From the human T2T-CHM13v2.0 reference genome, Homo sapiens: DNA of 64,000 nucleotides. A program made the translations under genes and the position numbers. This document shows, piece by piece, positions 1-12,100 of this stretch. Positions within the stretch are counted from its first letter, which is position 1, and the number at the start of each line of letters is the position of its first letter. Location: NCBI RefSeq assembly GCF_009914755.1, contig NC_060941.1; one strand, 5' to 3'. The notes under the pieces are model-generated. The model was given only the letters and a program-made list of their open reading frames with translations, was not told where the DNA came from and made no database searches.

Positions 1-241
1 TATTGATAGAGCAGTTTGGAAACACTCTTGTTGTGGAATGTGCAAGTGGAGATTTGGAGCGCTTTGAGGCCTATGGTAGTAAAGGGAATAGCTTCATAGA
101 AAAACTAGACAGAAGCATTCTCAGAAAATACTTTGTGATGATTGAGTTTAACTCACAGAGCTGAACATTCCTTTGGATGGAGCAGGTTTGAGACACACTT
201 TTTGTAGAATCTACAAGTGGATATTTGGACCTCTCTGAGGA

Positions 242-258
242 TTTCGTTGGAAACGGGA
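242..258 (+). promoter_or_regulatory. CENP-B box, intact (recurs every 2715 bp; mutated in U23 and U24)
   Basis: TTTCGTTGGAAACGGGA matches the 17-bp core nTTCGnnnnAnnCGGGn. Confidence 0.95.
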
Positions 259-407
259 TAACTGCACCTAACTAAACGGAAGCATTCTCAGAAACTTCTT
301 GGTGATGTTTGCATTCAAATCCCAGAGTTGAACCTTCCTTTGATAGTTCAGGTTTGAAACACTCTTTTTGTAGGATCTGCAAGTGGATATTTGGACCACT
401 CTGTGGC

Positions 408-424
408 CTTCGTTCGAAACGGGT
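408..424 (+). promoter_or_regulatory. CENP-B box, intact core (recurs every 2715 bp)
   Basis: CTTCGTTCGAAACGGGT; all 9 core positions present. Confidence 0.9.
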
Positions 425-578
425 ATATCTTCGCATAAAATCTAGACAGAAGCCTTCTCAGAAACTTCTCTGTGATGATTGCATTCAACTCACAGAGTTG
501 AACCCTCCTATGGATAGAGCAGTGTTGAAACTCTCTTTTTGTGGAATCTGCAAGTGGATATGTGGACCTCTCCGAAGA

Positions 579-595
579 TGTCTTTGGAAACGGGA
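579..595 (+). promoter_or_regulatory. Degenerate CENP-B box (every HOR)
   Basis: TGTCTTTGGAAACGGGA; the TTCG half of the core is lost. Confidence 0.8.
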
Positions 596-921
596 ATATC
601 TTCACATAAAAACTAAACAGAAGCATTCTCAGAAACTTCTCTGTGATGTTTGTGTTCAACTCCCAGAGTTTCACATTGCTTTTCATAGAGTAGTTCTGAA
701 ACATGCTTTTCGTAGTGTCTACAAGTGGACATTTGGAGCGCTTTCAGGCCTGTGGTGGAAAACGAATTATGGTCACATAAAAACTGGAGAGAAGCATTGT
801 CAGAAACTTCTTTGTGATGATTGCATTCAACTCACAGAGTTGAAGGTTCCTTTTCAAAGAGCAGTTTCCAATCACTCTTTCTGTGGAATCTGCAAGTGGA
901 TATTTGGACCTATTTTGAAGA

Positions 922-938
922 TTTCGTTGGAAACGGGA
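922..938 (+). promoter_or_regulatory. CENP-B box, intact (recurs every 2715 bp)
   Basis: TTTCGTTGGAAACGGGA. Confidence 0.95.
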
Positions 939-1434
939 GAATCTTCACAGGAAAGCTAAACAGAAGCATTCTCAGAAACTTCTTTGTGATGCTTGCATTC
1001 AACTCACAGAGTTGAACTTTCCTTTCGAGAGAGAAGCTTTGAAACACTCTTTTTCCAGAATCTGCAAGTGGACATTTGGAGGGCTTTGAGGCCTGTGGTG
1101 GAAAAGGAATTATCTTCCCGTAAAAGCTAGATAGAAGCATTCTCAGAAACTACTTTGTGATGATTGCATTCAAGTCACAGAGTTGAACATTCCCTTTGAC
1201 AGAGCAGTTTGGAAACTCTCTTTGTGTAGAATCTGCAAGTGGAGATATGGACCGCTTTGAGGCCTATGGTAGTAAAGGAAATAGCTTCATATAAAAGCTA
1301 GACAGTAGCATTCACAGAAAACTCTTGGTGACGACTGAGTTTAACTCACAGAGCTGAACATTCCTTTGGATGGAGCAGTTTCGAAACACACTATTTGTAG
1401 AATGTGCAAGTGGATATTTGGGCCTCTCTGAGGA

Positions 1435-1451
1435 TTTCGTTGGAAACGGGA
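1435..1451 (+). promoter_or_regulatory. CENP-B box, intact (1st of three consecutive)
   Basis: TTTCGTTGGAAACGGGA. Confidence 0.95.
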
Positions 1452-1601
1452 TAAACCGCACAGAACTAAACAGAAGCATTCTCAGAACCTTCTTCGTGAT
1501 GTTTGCATTCAACTCACAGTGTTGAACCTTTCTTTGATAGTTCAGGTTTGAAACGGTCTTTCTGTAGAAACTGCAAGTAGATATTTGGACCTCTCTGAGG
1601 A

Positions 1602-1618
1602 TTTCGTTGGAAACGGGA
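1602..1618 (+). promoter_or_regulatory. CENP-B box, intact (2nd of three consecutive)
   Basis: TTTCGTTGGAAACGGGA. Confidence 0.95.
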
Positions 1619-1769
1619 TAACCCGCACAGAACTAAAACAGAAGCATTCTCAGAACCCTCTTCGTGATGTTTGCATTCAACTCACAGTGCTGAACCTTTC
1701 TTTGATAGTTCAGCTTTGAAACACTCTTTTTGTAGAAACTGCAAGTGGATATTTGGTCCTCTCTGAGCA

Positions 1770-1786
1770 TTTCGTTGGAAACGGGA
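1770..1786 (+). promoter_or_regulatory. CENP-B box, intact (3rd of three consecutive)
   Basis: TTTCGTTGGAAACGGGA. Confidence 0.95.
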
Positions 1787-2104
1787 TAAACTGCACAGAA
1801 CTAAACAGAAGCATTCTCAGAACCTTCTTCGTGATGTCTGCATTCAACTCACAGTGTGGAACCTTTCTTTGATAGTTCAGGTTTGAAACACTCTTTTTGT
1901 AGAAACTGCAAGGGGATCATTGCACTCTTTGAGGAGTACCGTAGTAAAGGAAATAACTTCCTATAAAAAGAAGACAGAAGCTTTCTCAGAAAATTCTTTG
2001 GGATGATTGAGTTGAACTCACAGAGCTGAGCATTCCTTGCGATGTAGCAGTTTAGAAACACACTTTCTGCAGAATCTGCAAGTGCATATTTGGACCTCTG
2101 TGAG

Positions 2105-2110
2105 GAATTC
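2105..2110. other. Single EcoRI site per HOR, overlapping a CENP-B box; defines the classical 2.7-kb EcoRI repeat
   Basis: GAATTC at 2105 and every +2715 bp; I saw no other GAATTC in the unit. Confidence 0.85.
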
Positions 2111-2123
2111 GTTGGAAACGGGA
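2107..2123 (+). promoter_or_regulatory. CENP-B box, intact core (recurs every 2715 bp)
   Basis: ATTCGTTGGAAACGGGA. Confidence 0.9.
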
Positions 2124-2272
2124 TAATTTCAGCTGACTAAACAGAAGCAGTCTCAGAATCTTCTTTGTGATGTTTGCATTCAAATCCCCGAGTTGAACTT
2201 TCCTTTCAAAGTTCACGTTTGAAACACTCTTTTTGCAGGATCTACAAGTGGATATTTGGACCACTCTGTGTC

Positions 2273-2289
2273 CTTCGTTCGAAACGGGT
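2273..2289 (+). promoter_or_regulatory. CENP-B box, intact core (mutated in U4 and U12)
   Basis: CTTCGTTCGAAACGGGT. Confidence 0.9.
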
Positions 2290-2443
2290 ATATCTTCACA
2301 TGACATCTAGACAGAAGCATCCTCAGAAGCTTCTCTGTGATGACTGCATTCAACTCACGGAGTTGAACACTCCTTTTGAGAGCGCAGTTTTGAAACTCTC
2401 TTTCTGTGGCATCTGCAAGGGGACATGTAGACCTCCTTGAAGA

Positions 2444-2460
2444 TTTCGTTGGAAACGGAA
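2444..2460 (+). promoter_or_regulatory. Near-consensus but core-mutated CENP-B box (every HOR)
   Basis: TTTCGTTGGAAACGGAA has CGGA instead of CGGG, so it is predicted non-binding. Confidence 0.8.
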
Positions 2461-5400
2461 TCATCTTCACATAAAAACTACACAGATGCATTCTCAGGAA
2501 CTTTTTGGTGATGTTTGTATTCAACTCCCAGAGTTGAACTTTCCTTTGGAAAGAGCAGCTATGAAACACTGTTTTTCTAGAATCTGCAAGTGGACGTTTG
2601 GAGGGCTTTGTGGTTTGTGGTGGAAAAGGAAATATCTTCACCTAAATACTAGATAGAAGCATTCTCAGAAACTGCTTTGTGATGATTGCATTCACCTCAC
2701 AGAGTTGAACATTCCTATTGATAGAGCAGTTTGGAAACACTCTTGTTGTGGAATGTGCAAGTGGAGATTTGGAGCGCTTTGAGGCCTATGGTAGTAAAGG
2801 GAATAGCTTCATAGAAAAACTAGACAGAAGCATTCTCAGAAAATACTTTGTGATGATTGAGTTTAACTCACAGAGCTGAACATTCCTTTGGATGGAGCAG
2901 GTTTGAGACACACTTTTTGTAGAATCTACAAGTGGATATTTGGACCTCTCTGAGGATTTCGTTGGAAACGGGATAACTGCACCTAACTAAACGGAAGCAT
3001 TCTCAGAAACTTCTTGGTGATGTTTGCATTCAAATCCCAGAGTTGAACCTTCCTTTGATAGTTCAGGTTTGAAACACTCTTTTTGTAGGATCTGCAAGTG
3101 GATATTTGGACCACTCTGTGGCCTTCGTTCGAAACGGGTATATCTTCGCATAAAATCTAGACAGAAGCCTTCTCAGAAACTTCTCTGTGATGATTGCATT
3201 CAACTCACAGAGTTGAACCCTCCTATGGATAGAGCAGTGTTGAAACTCTCTTTTTGTGGAATCTGCAAGTGGATATGTGGACCTCGCCGAAGATGTCTTT
3301 GGAAACGGGAATATCTTCACATAAAAACTAAACAGAAGCATTCTCAGAAACTTCTCTGTGATGTTTGTGTTCAACTCCCAGAGTTTCACATTGCTTCTCA
3401 TAGAGTAGTTCTGAAACATGCTTTTCGTAGTGTCTACAAGTGGACATTTGGAGCGCTTTCAGGCCTGTGGTGGAAAACGAATTATGGTCACATAAAAACT
3501 GGAGAGAAGCATTGTCAGAAACTTCTTTGTGATGATTGCATTCAACTCACAGGGTTGAAGGTTCCTTTTCAAAGAGCAGTTTCCAATCACTCTTTGTGTG
3601 GAATCTGCAAGTGGATATTTGGACCTATTTTGAAGATTTCGTTGGAAACGGGAGAATCTTCACAGGAAAGCTAAACAGAAGCATTCTCAGAAACTTCTTT
3701 GTGATGCTTGCATTCAACTCACAGAGTTGAACTTTCCTTTCGAGAGAGAAGCTTTGAAACACTCTTTTTCCAGAATCTGCAAGTGGACATTTGGAGGGCT
3801 TTGAGGCCTGTGGTGGAAAAGGAATTATCTTCCCGTAAAAGCTAGATAGAAGCATTCTCAGAAACTACTTTGTGATGATTGCATTCAAGTCACAGAGTTG
3901 AACATTCCCTTTGACAGAGCAGTTTGGAAACTCTCTTTGTGTAGAATCTGCAAGTGGAGATACGGACCGCTTTGAGGCCTATGGTAGTAAAGGAAATAGC
4001 TTCATATAAAAGCTAGACAGTAGCATTCACAGAAAACTCTTGGTGACGACTGAGTTTAACTCACAGAGCTGAACATTCCTTTGGATGGAGCAGTTTCGAA
4101 ACACACTATTTGTAGAATGTGCAAGTGGATATTTAGGCCTCTCTGAGGATTTCGTTGGAAACGGGATAAACCGCACCGAACTAAACAGAAGCATTCTCAG
4201 AACCTTCTTCGTGATGTTTGCATTCAACTCACAGTGTTGAACCTTTCTTTGATAGTTCAGGTTTGAAACGGTCTTTCTGTAGAAACTGCAAGTAGATATT
4301 TGGACCTCTCTGAGGATTTCGTTGGAAACGGGATAACCCGCACAGAACTAAAACAGAAGCATTCTCAGAACCCTCTTCGTGATGTTTGCATTCAACTCAC
4401 AGTGCTGAACCTTTCTTTGATAGTTCAGCTTTGAAACACTCTTTTTGTAGAAACTGCAAGTGGATATTTGGTCCTCTCTGAGCATTTCGTTGGAAACGGG
4501 ATAAACTGCACAGAACTAAACAGAAGCATTCTCAGAACCTTCTTCGTGATGTCTGCATTCAACTCACAGTGTGGAACCTTTCTTTGATAGTTCAGGTTTG
4601 AAACACTCTTTTTGTAGAAACTGCAAGGGGATCATTGCACTCTTTGAGGAGTACCGTAGTAAAGGAAATAACTTCCTATAAAAAGAAGACAGAAGCTTTC
4701 TCAGAAAATTCTTTGGGATGATTGAGTTGAACTCACAGAGCTGAGCATTCCTTGCGATGTAGCAGTTTAGAAACACACTTTCTGCAGAATCTGCAAGTGC
4801 ATATTTGGACCTCTGTGAGGAATTCGTTGGAAACGGGATAATTTCAGCTGACTAAACAGAAGCAGTCTCAGAATCTTCTTTGTGATGTTTGCATTCAAAT
4901 CCCCGAGTTGAACTTTCCTTTCAAAGTTCACGTTTGAAACACTCTTTTTGCAGGATCTACAAGTGGATATTTGGACCACTCTGTGTCCTTCGTTCGAAAC
5001 GGGTATATCTTCACATGACATCTAGACAGAAGCATCCTCAGAAGCTTCTCTGTGATGACTGCATTCAACTCACGGAGTTGAACACTCCTTTTGAGAGCGC
5101 AGTTTTGAAACTCTCTTCCTGTGGCATCTGCAAGGGGACATGTAGACCTCTTTGAAGATTTCGTTGGAAACGGAATCATCTTCACATAAAAACTATACAG
5201 ATGCATTCTCAGGAACTTTTTGGTGATGTTTGTATTCAACTCCCAGAGTTGAACTTTCCTTTGGAAAGAGCAGCTATGAAACACTGTTTTTCTAGAATCT
5301 GCAAGTGGACGTTTGGAGGGCTTTGTGGTTTGTGGTGGAAAAGGAAATATCTTCACCTAAATACTAGATAGAAGCATTCTCAGAAACTGCTTTGTGATGA

Positions 5401-6112
5401 TTGCATTCACCTCACAGAGTTGAACATTCCTATTGATAGAGCAGTTTGGAAACACTCTTGTTGTGGAATGTGCAAGTGGAGATTTGGAGCGCTTTGAGGC
5501 CTATGGTAGTAAAGGGAATAGCTTCATAGAAAAACTAGACAGAAGCATTCTCAGAAAATACTTTGTGATGATTGAGTTTAACTCACAGAGCTGAACATTC
5601 CTTTGGATGGAGCAGGTTTGAGACACACTTTTTGTAGAATCTACAAGTGGATATTTGGACCTCTCTGAGGATTTCGTTGGAAACGGGATAACTGCACCTA
5701 ACTAAACGGAAGCATTCTCAGAAACTTCTTGGTGATGTTTGCATTCAAATCCCAGAGTTGAACCTTCCTTTGATAGTTCAGGTTTGAAACACTCTTTTTG
5801 TAGGATCTGCAAGTGGATATTTGGACCACTCTGTGGCCTTCGTTCGAAACGGGTGTATCTTCGCATAAAATCTAGACAGAAGCCTTCTCAGAAACTTCTC
5901 TGTGATGATTGCATTCAACTCACAGAGTTGAACCCTCCTATGGATAGAGCAGTGTTGAAACTCTCTTTTTGTGGAATCTGCAAGTGGATATGTGGACCTC
6001 TCCGAAGATGTCTTTGGAAACGGGAATATCTTCACATAAAAACTAAACAGAAGCATTCTCAGAAACTTCTCTGTGATGTTTGTGTTCAACTCCCAGAGTT
6101 TCACATTGCTTC

Positions 6113-9100
6113 TCATAGAGTAGTTCTGAAACATGCTTTTCGTAGTGTCTACAAGTGGACATTTGGAGCGCTTTCAGGCCTGTGGTGGAAAACGAATTAT
6201 GGTCACATAAAAACTGGAGAGAAGCATTGTCAGAAACTTCTTTGTGATGATTGCATTCAACTCACAGAGTTGAAGGTTCCTTTTCAAAGAGCAGTTTCCA
6301 ATCACTCTTTGTGTGGAATCTGCAAGTGGATATTTGGACCTATTTTGAAGATTTCGTTGGAAACGGGAGAATCTTCACAGGAAAGCTAAACAGAAGCATT
6401 CTCAGAAACTTCTTTGTGATGCTTGCATTCAACTCACAGAGTTGAACTTTCCTTTCGAGAGAGAAGCTTTGAAACACTCTTTTTCCAGAATCTGCAAGTG
6501 GACATTTGGAGGGCTTTGAGGCCTGTGGTGGAAAAGGAATTATCTTCCCGTAAAAGCTAGATAGAAGCATTCTCAGAAACTACTTTGTGATGATTGCATT
6601 CAAGTCACAGAGTTGAACATTCCCTTTGACAGAGCAGTTTGGAAACTCTCTTTGTGTAGAATCTGCAAGTGGAGATACGGACCGCTTTGAGGCCTATGGT
6701 AGTAAAGGAAATAGCTTCATATAAAAGCTAGACAGTAGCATTCACAGAAAACTCTTGGTGACGACTGAGTTTAACTCACAGAGCTGAACATTCCTTTGGA
6801 TGGAGCAGTTTCGAAACACACTATTTGTAGAATGTGCAAGTGGATATTTAGGCCTCTCTGAGGATTTCGTTGGAAACGGGATAAACCGCACAGAACTAAA
6901 CAGAAGCATTCTCAGAACCTTCTTCGTGATGTTTGCATTCAACTCACAGTGTTGAACCTTTCTTTGATAGTTCAGGTTTGAAACGGTCTTTCTGTAGAAA
7001 CTGCAAGTAGATATTTGGACCTCTCTGAGGATTTCGTTGGAAACGGGATAACCCGCACAGAACTAAAACAGAAGCATTCTCAGAACCCTCTTCGTGATGT
7101 TTGCATTCAACTCACAGTGCTGAACCTTTCTTTGATAGTTCAGCTTTGAAACACTCTTTTTGTAGAAACTGCAAGTGGATATTTGGTCCTCTCTGAGCAT
7201 TTCGTTGGAAACGGGATAAACTGCACAGAACTAAACAGAAGCATTCTCAGAACCTTCTTCGTGATGTCTGCATTCAACTCACAGTGTGGAACCTTTCTTT
7301 GATAGTTCAGGTTTGAAACACTCTTTTTGTAGAAACTGCAAGGGGATCATTGCACTCTTTGAGGAGTACCGTAGTAAAGGAAATAACTTCCTATAAAAAG
7401 AAGACAGAAGCTTTCTCAGAAAATTCCTTGGGATGATTGAGTTGAACTCACAGAGCTGAGCATTCCTTGTGATGTAGCAGTTTAGAAACACACTTTCTGC
7501 AGAATCTGCAAGTGCATATTTGGACCTCTCTGAGGAATTCGTTGGAAACGGGATAATTTCAGCTGACTAAACAGAAGCAGTCTCAGAATCTTCTTTGTGA
7601 TGTTTGCATTCAAATCCCCGAGTTGAACTTTCCTTTCAAAGTTCACGTTTGAAACACTCTTTTTGCAGGATCTACAAGTGGATATTTGGACCACTCTGTG
7701 TCCTTCGTTCGAAACGGGTATATCTTCACATGACATCTAGACAGAAGCATTCTCAGAAGCTTCTCTGTGATGACTGCATTCAACTCACGGAGTTGAACAC
7801 TCCTTTTGAGAGCGCAGTTTTGAAACTCTCTTTCTGTGGCATCTGCAAGGGGACATGTAGACCTCTTTGAAGATTTCGTTGGAAACGGAATCATCTTCAC
7901 ATGAAAACTATACAGATGCATTCTCAGGAACTTTTTGGTGATGTTTGTATTCAACTCCCAGAGTTGAACTTTCCTTTGGAAAGAGCAGCTATGAAACACT
8001 CTTTTTCTAGAATCTGCAAGTGGACGTTTGGAGGGCTTTGTGGTTTGTGGTGGAAAAGGAAATATCTTCACCTAAATACTAGATAGAAGCATTCTCAGAA
8101 ACTGCTTTGTGATGATTGCATTCACCTCACAGAGTTGAACATTCCTATTGATAGAGCAGTTTGGAAACACTCTTGTTGTGGAATGTGCAAGTGGAGATTT
8201 GGAGCGCTTTGAGGCCTATGGTAGTAAAGGGAATAGCTTCATAGAAAAACTAGACAGAAGCATTCTCAGAAAATACTTTGTGATGATTGAGTTTAACTCA
8301 CAGAGCTGAACATTCCTTTGGATGGAGCAGGTTTGAGACACACTTTTTGTAGAATCTACAAGTGGATATTTGGACCTCTCTGAGGATTTCGTTGGAAACG
8401 GGATAACTGCACCTAACTAAACGGAAGCATTCTCAGAAACTTCTTGGTGATGTTTGCATTCAAATCCCAGAGTTGAACCTTCCTTTGATAGTTCAGGTTT
8501 GAAACACTCTTTTTGTAGGATCTGCAAGTGGATATTTGGACCACTCTGTGGCCTTCGTTCGAAACGGGTGTATCTTCGCATAAAATCTAGACAGAAGCCT
8601 TCTCAGAAACTTCTCTGTGATGATTGCATTCAACTCACAGAGTTGAACCCTCCTATGGATAGAGCAGTGTTGAAACTCTCTTTTTGTGGAATCTGCAAGT
8701 GGGTATGTGGACCTCTCCGAAGATGTCTTTGGAAACGGGAATATCTTCACATAAAAACTAAACAGAAGCATTCTCAGAAACTTCTCTGTGATGTTTGTGT
8801 TCAACTCCCAGAGTTTCACATTGCTTTTCATAGAGTAGTTCTGAAACATGCTTTTCGTAGTGTCTACAAGTGGACATTTGGAGCGCTTTCAGGCCTGTGG
8901 TGGAAAACGAATTATGGTCACATAAAAACTGGAGAGAAGCATTGTCAGAAACTTCTTTGTGATGATTGCATTCAACTCACAGAGTTGAAGGTTCCTTTTC
9001 AAAGAGCAGTTTCCAATCACTCTTTGTGTGGAATCTGCAAGTGGATATTTGGACCTATTTTGAAGATTTCGTTGGAAACGGGAGAATCTTCACAGGAAAG

Positions 9101-12100
9101 CTAAACAGAAGCATTCTCAGAAACTTCTTTGTGATGCTTGCATTCAACTCACAGAGTTGAACTTTCCTTTCGAGAGAGAAGCTTTGAAACACTCTTTTTC
9201 CAGAATCTGCAAGTGGACATTTGGAGGGCTTTGAGGCCTGTGGTGGAAAAGGAATTATCTTCCCGTAAAAGCTAGATAGAAGCATTCTCAGAAACTACTT
9301 TGTGATGATTGCATTCAAGTCACAGAGTTGAACATTCCCTTTGACAGAGCAGTTTGGAAACTCTCTTTGTGTAGAATCTGCAAGTGGAGATATGGACCGC
9401 TTTGAGGCCTATGGTAGTAAAGGAAATAGCTTCATATAAAAGCTAGACAGTAGCATTCACAGAAAACTCTTGGTGACGACTGAGTTTAACTCACAGAGCT
9501 GAACATTCCTTTGGATGGAGCAGTTTCGAAACACACTATTTGTAGAATGTGCAAGTGGATATTTAGGCCTCTCTGAGGATTTCGTTGGAAACGGGATAAA
9601 CCGCACAGAACTAAACAGAAGCATTCTCAGAACCTTCTTCGTGATGTTTGCATTCAACTCACAGTGTTGAACCTTTCTTTGATAGTTCAGGTTTGAAACG
9701 GTCTTTCTGTAGAAACTGCAAGTAGATATTTGGACCTCTCTGAGGATTTCGTTGGAAACGGGATAACCCGCACAGAACTAAAACAGAAGCATTCTCAGAA
9801 CCCTCTTCGTGATGTTTGCATTCAACTCACAGTGCTGAACCTTTCTTTGATAGTTCAGCTTTGAAACACTCTTTTTGTAGAAACTGCAAGTGGATATTTG
9901 GTCCTCTCTGAGCATTTCGTTGGAAACGGGATAAACTGCACAGAACTAAACAGAAGCATTCTCAGAACCTTCTTCGTGATGTCTGCATTCAACTCACAGT
10001 GTGGAACCTTTCTTTGATAGTTCAGGTTTGAAACACTCTTTTTGTAGAAACTGCAAGGGGATCATTGCACTCTTTGAGGAGTACTGTAGTAAAGGAAATA
10101 ACTTCCTATAAAAAGAAGACAGAAGCTTTCTCAGAAAATTCTTTGGGATGATTGAGTTGAACTCACAGAGCTGAGCATTCCTTGCGATGTAGCAGTTTAG
10201 AAACACACTTTCTGCAGAATCTGCAAGTGCATATTTGGACCTCTGTGAGGAATTCGTTGGAAACGGGATAATTTCAGCTGACTAAACAGAAGCAGTCTCA
10301 GAATCTTCTTTGTGATGTTTGCATTCAAATCCCCGAGTTGAACTTTCCTTTCAAAGTTCACGTTTGAAACACTCTTTTTGCAGGATCTACAAGTGGATAT
10401 TTGGACCACTCTGTGTCCTTCGTTCGAAACGGATATATCTTCACATGACATCTAGACAGAAGCATCCTCAGAAGCTTCTCTGTGATGACTGCATTCAACT
10501 CACGGAGTTGAACACTCCTTTTGAGAGCGCAGTTTTGAAACTCTCTTTCTGTGGCATCTGCAAGGGGACATGTAGACCTCTTTGAAGATTTCGTTGGAAA
10601 TGGAATCATCTTCACATAAAAACTATACAGATGCATTCTCAGGAACTTTTTGGTGATGTTTGTATTCAACTCCCAGAGTTGAACTTTCCTTTGGAAAGAG
10701 CAGCTATGAAACACTCTTTTTCTAGAATCTGCAAGTGGACGTTTGGAGGGCTTTGTGGTTTGTGGTGGAAAAGGAAATATCTTCACCTAAATACTAGATA
10801 GAAGCATTCTCAGAAACTGCTTTGTGATGATTGCATTCACCTCACAGAGTTGAACATTCCTATTGATAGAGCAGTTTGGAAACACTCTTGTTGTGGAATG
10901 TGCAAGTGGAGATTTGGAGCGCTTTGAGGCCTATGGTAGTAAAGGGAATAGCTTCATAGAAAAACTAGACAGAAGCATTCTCAGAAAATACTTTGTGATG
11001 ATTGAGTTTAACTCACAGAGCTGAACATTCCTTTGGATGGAGCAGGTTTGAGACACACTTTTTGTAGAATCTACAAGTGGATATTTGGACCTCTCTGAGG
11101 ATTTCGTTGGAAACGGGATAACTGCACCTAACTAAACGGAAGCATTCTCAGAAACTTCTTGGTGATGTTTGCATTCAAATCCCAGAGTTGAACCTTCCTT
11201 TGATAGTTCAGGTTTGAAACACTCTTTTTGTAGGATCTGCAAGTGGATATTTGGACCACTCTGTGGCCTTCGTTCGAAACGGGTATATCTTCGCATAAAA
11301 TCTAGACAGAAGCCTTCTCAGAAACTTCTCTGTGATGATTGCATTCAACTCACAGAGTTGAACCCTCCTATGGATAGAGCAGTGTTGAAACTCTCTTTTT
11401 GTGGAATCTGCAAGTGGATATGTGGACCTCTCCGAAGATGTCTTTGGAAACGGGAATATCTTCACATAAAAACTAAACAGAAGCATTCTCAGAAACTTCT
11501 CTGTGATGTTTGTGTTCAACTCCCAGAGTTTCACATTGCTTTTCATAGAGTAGTTCTGAAACATGCTTTTCGTAGTGTCTACAAGTGGACATTTGGAGCG
11601 CTTTCAGGCCTGTGGTGGAAAACGAATTATGGTCACATAAAAACTGGAGAGAAGCATTGTCAGAAACTTCTTTGTGATGATTGCATTCAACTCACAGAGT
11701 TGAAGGTTCCTTTTCAAAGAGCAGTTTCCAATCACTCTTTGTGTGGAATCTGCAAGTGGATATTTGGACCTATTTTGAAGATTTCGTTGGAAACGGGAGA
11801 ATCTTCACAGGAAAGCTAAACAGAAGCATTCTCAGAAACTTCTTTGTGATGCTTGCATTCAACTCACAGAGTTGAACTTTCCTTTCGAGAGAGAAGCTTT
11901 GAAACACTCTTTTTCCAGAATCTGCAAGTGGACATTTGGAGGGCTTTGAGGCCTGTGGTGGAAAAGGAATTATCTTCCCGTAAAAGCTAGATAGAAGCAT
12001 TCTCAGAAACTACTTTGTGATGATTGCATTCAAGTCACAGAGTTGAACATTCCCTTTGACAGAGCAGTTTGGAAACTCTCTTTGTGTAGAATCTGCAAGT

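Larger units (their letters stand above)
1406..1907 (+). repeat. Internal tandem triplication of a ~167-168-bp out-of-register monomer segment (present in every HOR)
   Basis: Three highly similar segments, 1406-1572, 1573-1740 and 1741-1907, share GGGATAA(A/C)C(C/T)GCACAGAACTAAA and CTTCGTGATGT(T/C)TGCATTCAACTCACAGTG, which other monomers lack. Confidence 0.9.
116..2830 (+). repeat. One representative 16-monomer HOR; inferred SF3 monomer order W1-W2-W3-W4-W3-W4-W5-W1-W1*-W1*-W5*-W1-W2-W3-W4-W5 (* = hybrid monomers)
   Basis: Monomer starts (CATTCTCAGAA-like) at 116, 283, 453, 624, 795, 967, 1138, 1309, 1477, 1645, 1812, 1981, 2148, 2318, 2489, 2660. Lengths are 167,170,171,171,172,171,171,168,168,167,169,167,170,171,171,171, summing to 2715. 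W types were inferred from box-region motifs (e.g. TTCGTTCGAAACGGGT = W2-like, GTGGTGGAAAA = W4-like, ATGGTAGTAAAGG = W5-like). Confidence 0.85.

Noticed and set aside
309-959. 216-aa Cys/His-rich ORF repeated in all 24 units, superficially zinc-finger-like (CxxC motifs)
   Set aside because: It starts at TTG, has the ~57-aa periodicity of a 171-bp monomer, and is simply translated alpha satellite. Conservation across units reflects near-identical DNA, not coding selection.
1378-2334. 10-bp perfect palindromes GTTTCGAAAC (1378-1387), TTCTGCAGAA (2065-2074) and AGAAGCTTCT (2325-2334)
   Set aside because: They are short, about chance expectation for 2.7 kb, and short dyads are already known in alpha satellite. 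There is no evidence of function.
242-2460. Regularly spaced TTCGTTGGAAACGGG motif resembling CRISPR direct repeats
   Set aside because: These are CENP-B boxes. The intervening sequences are homologous monomers, not unique spacers, and no cas genes are present.
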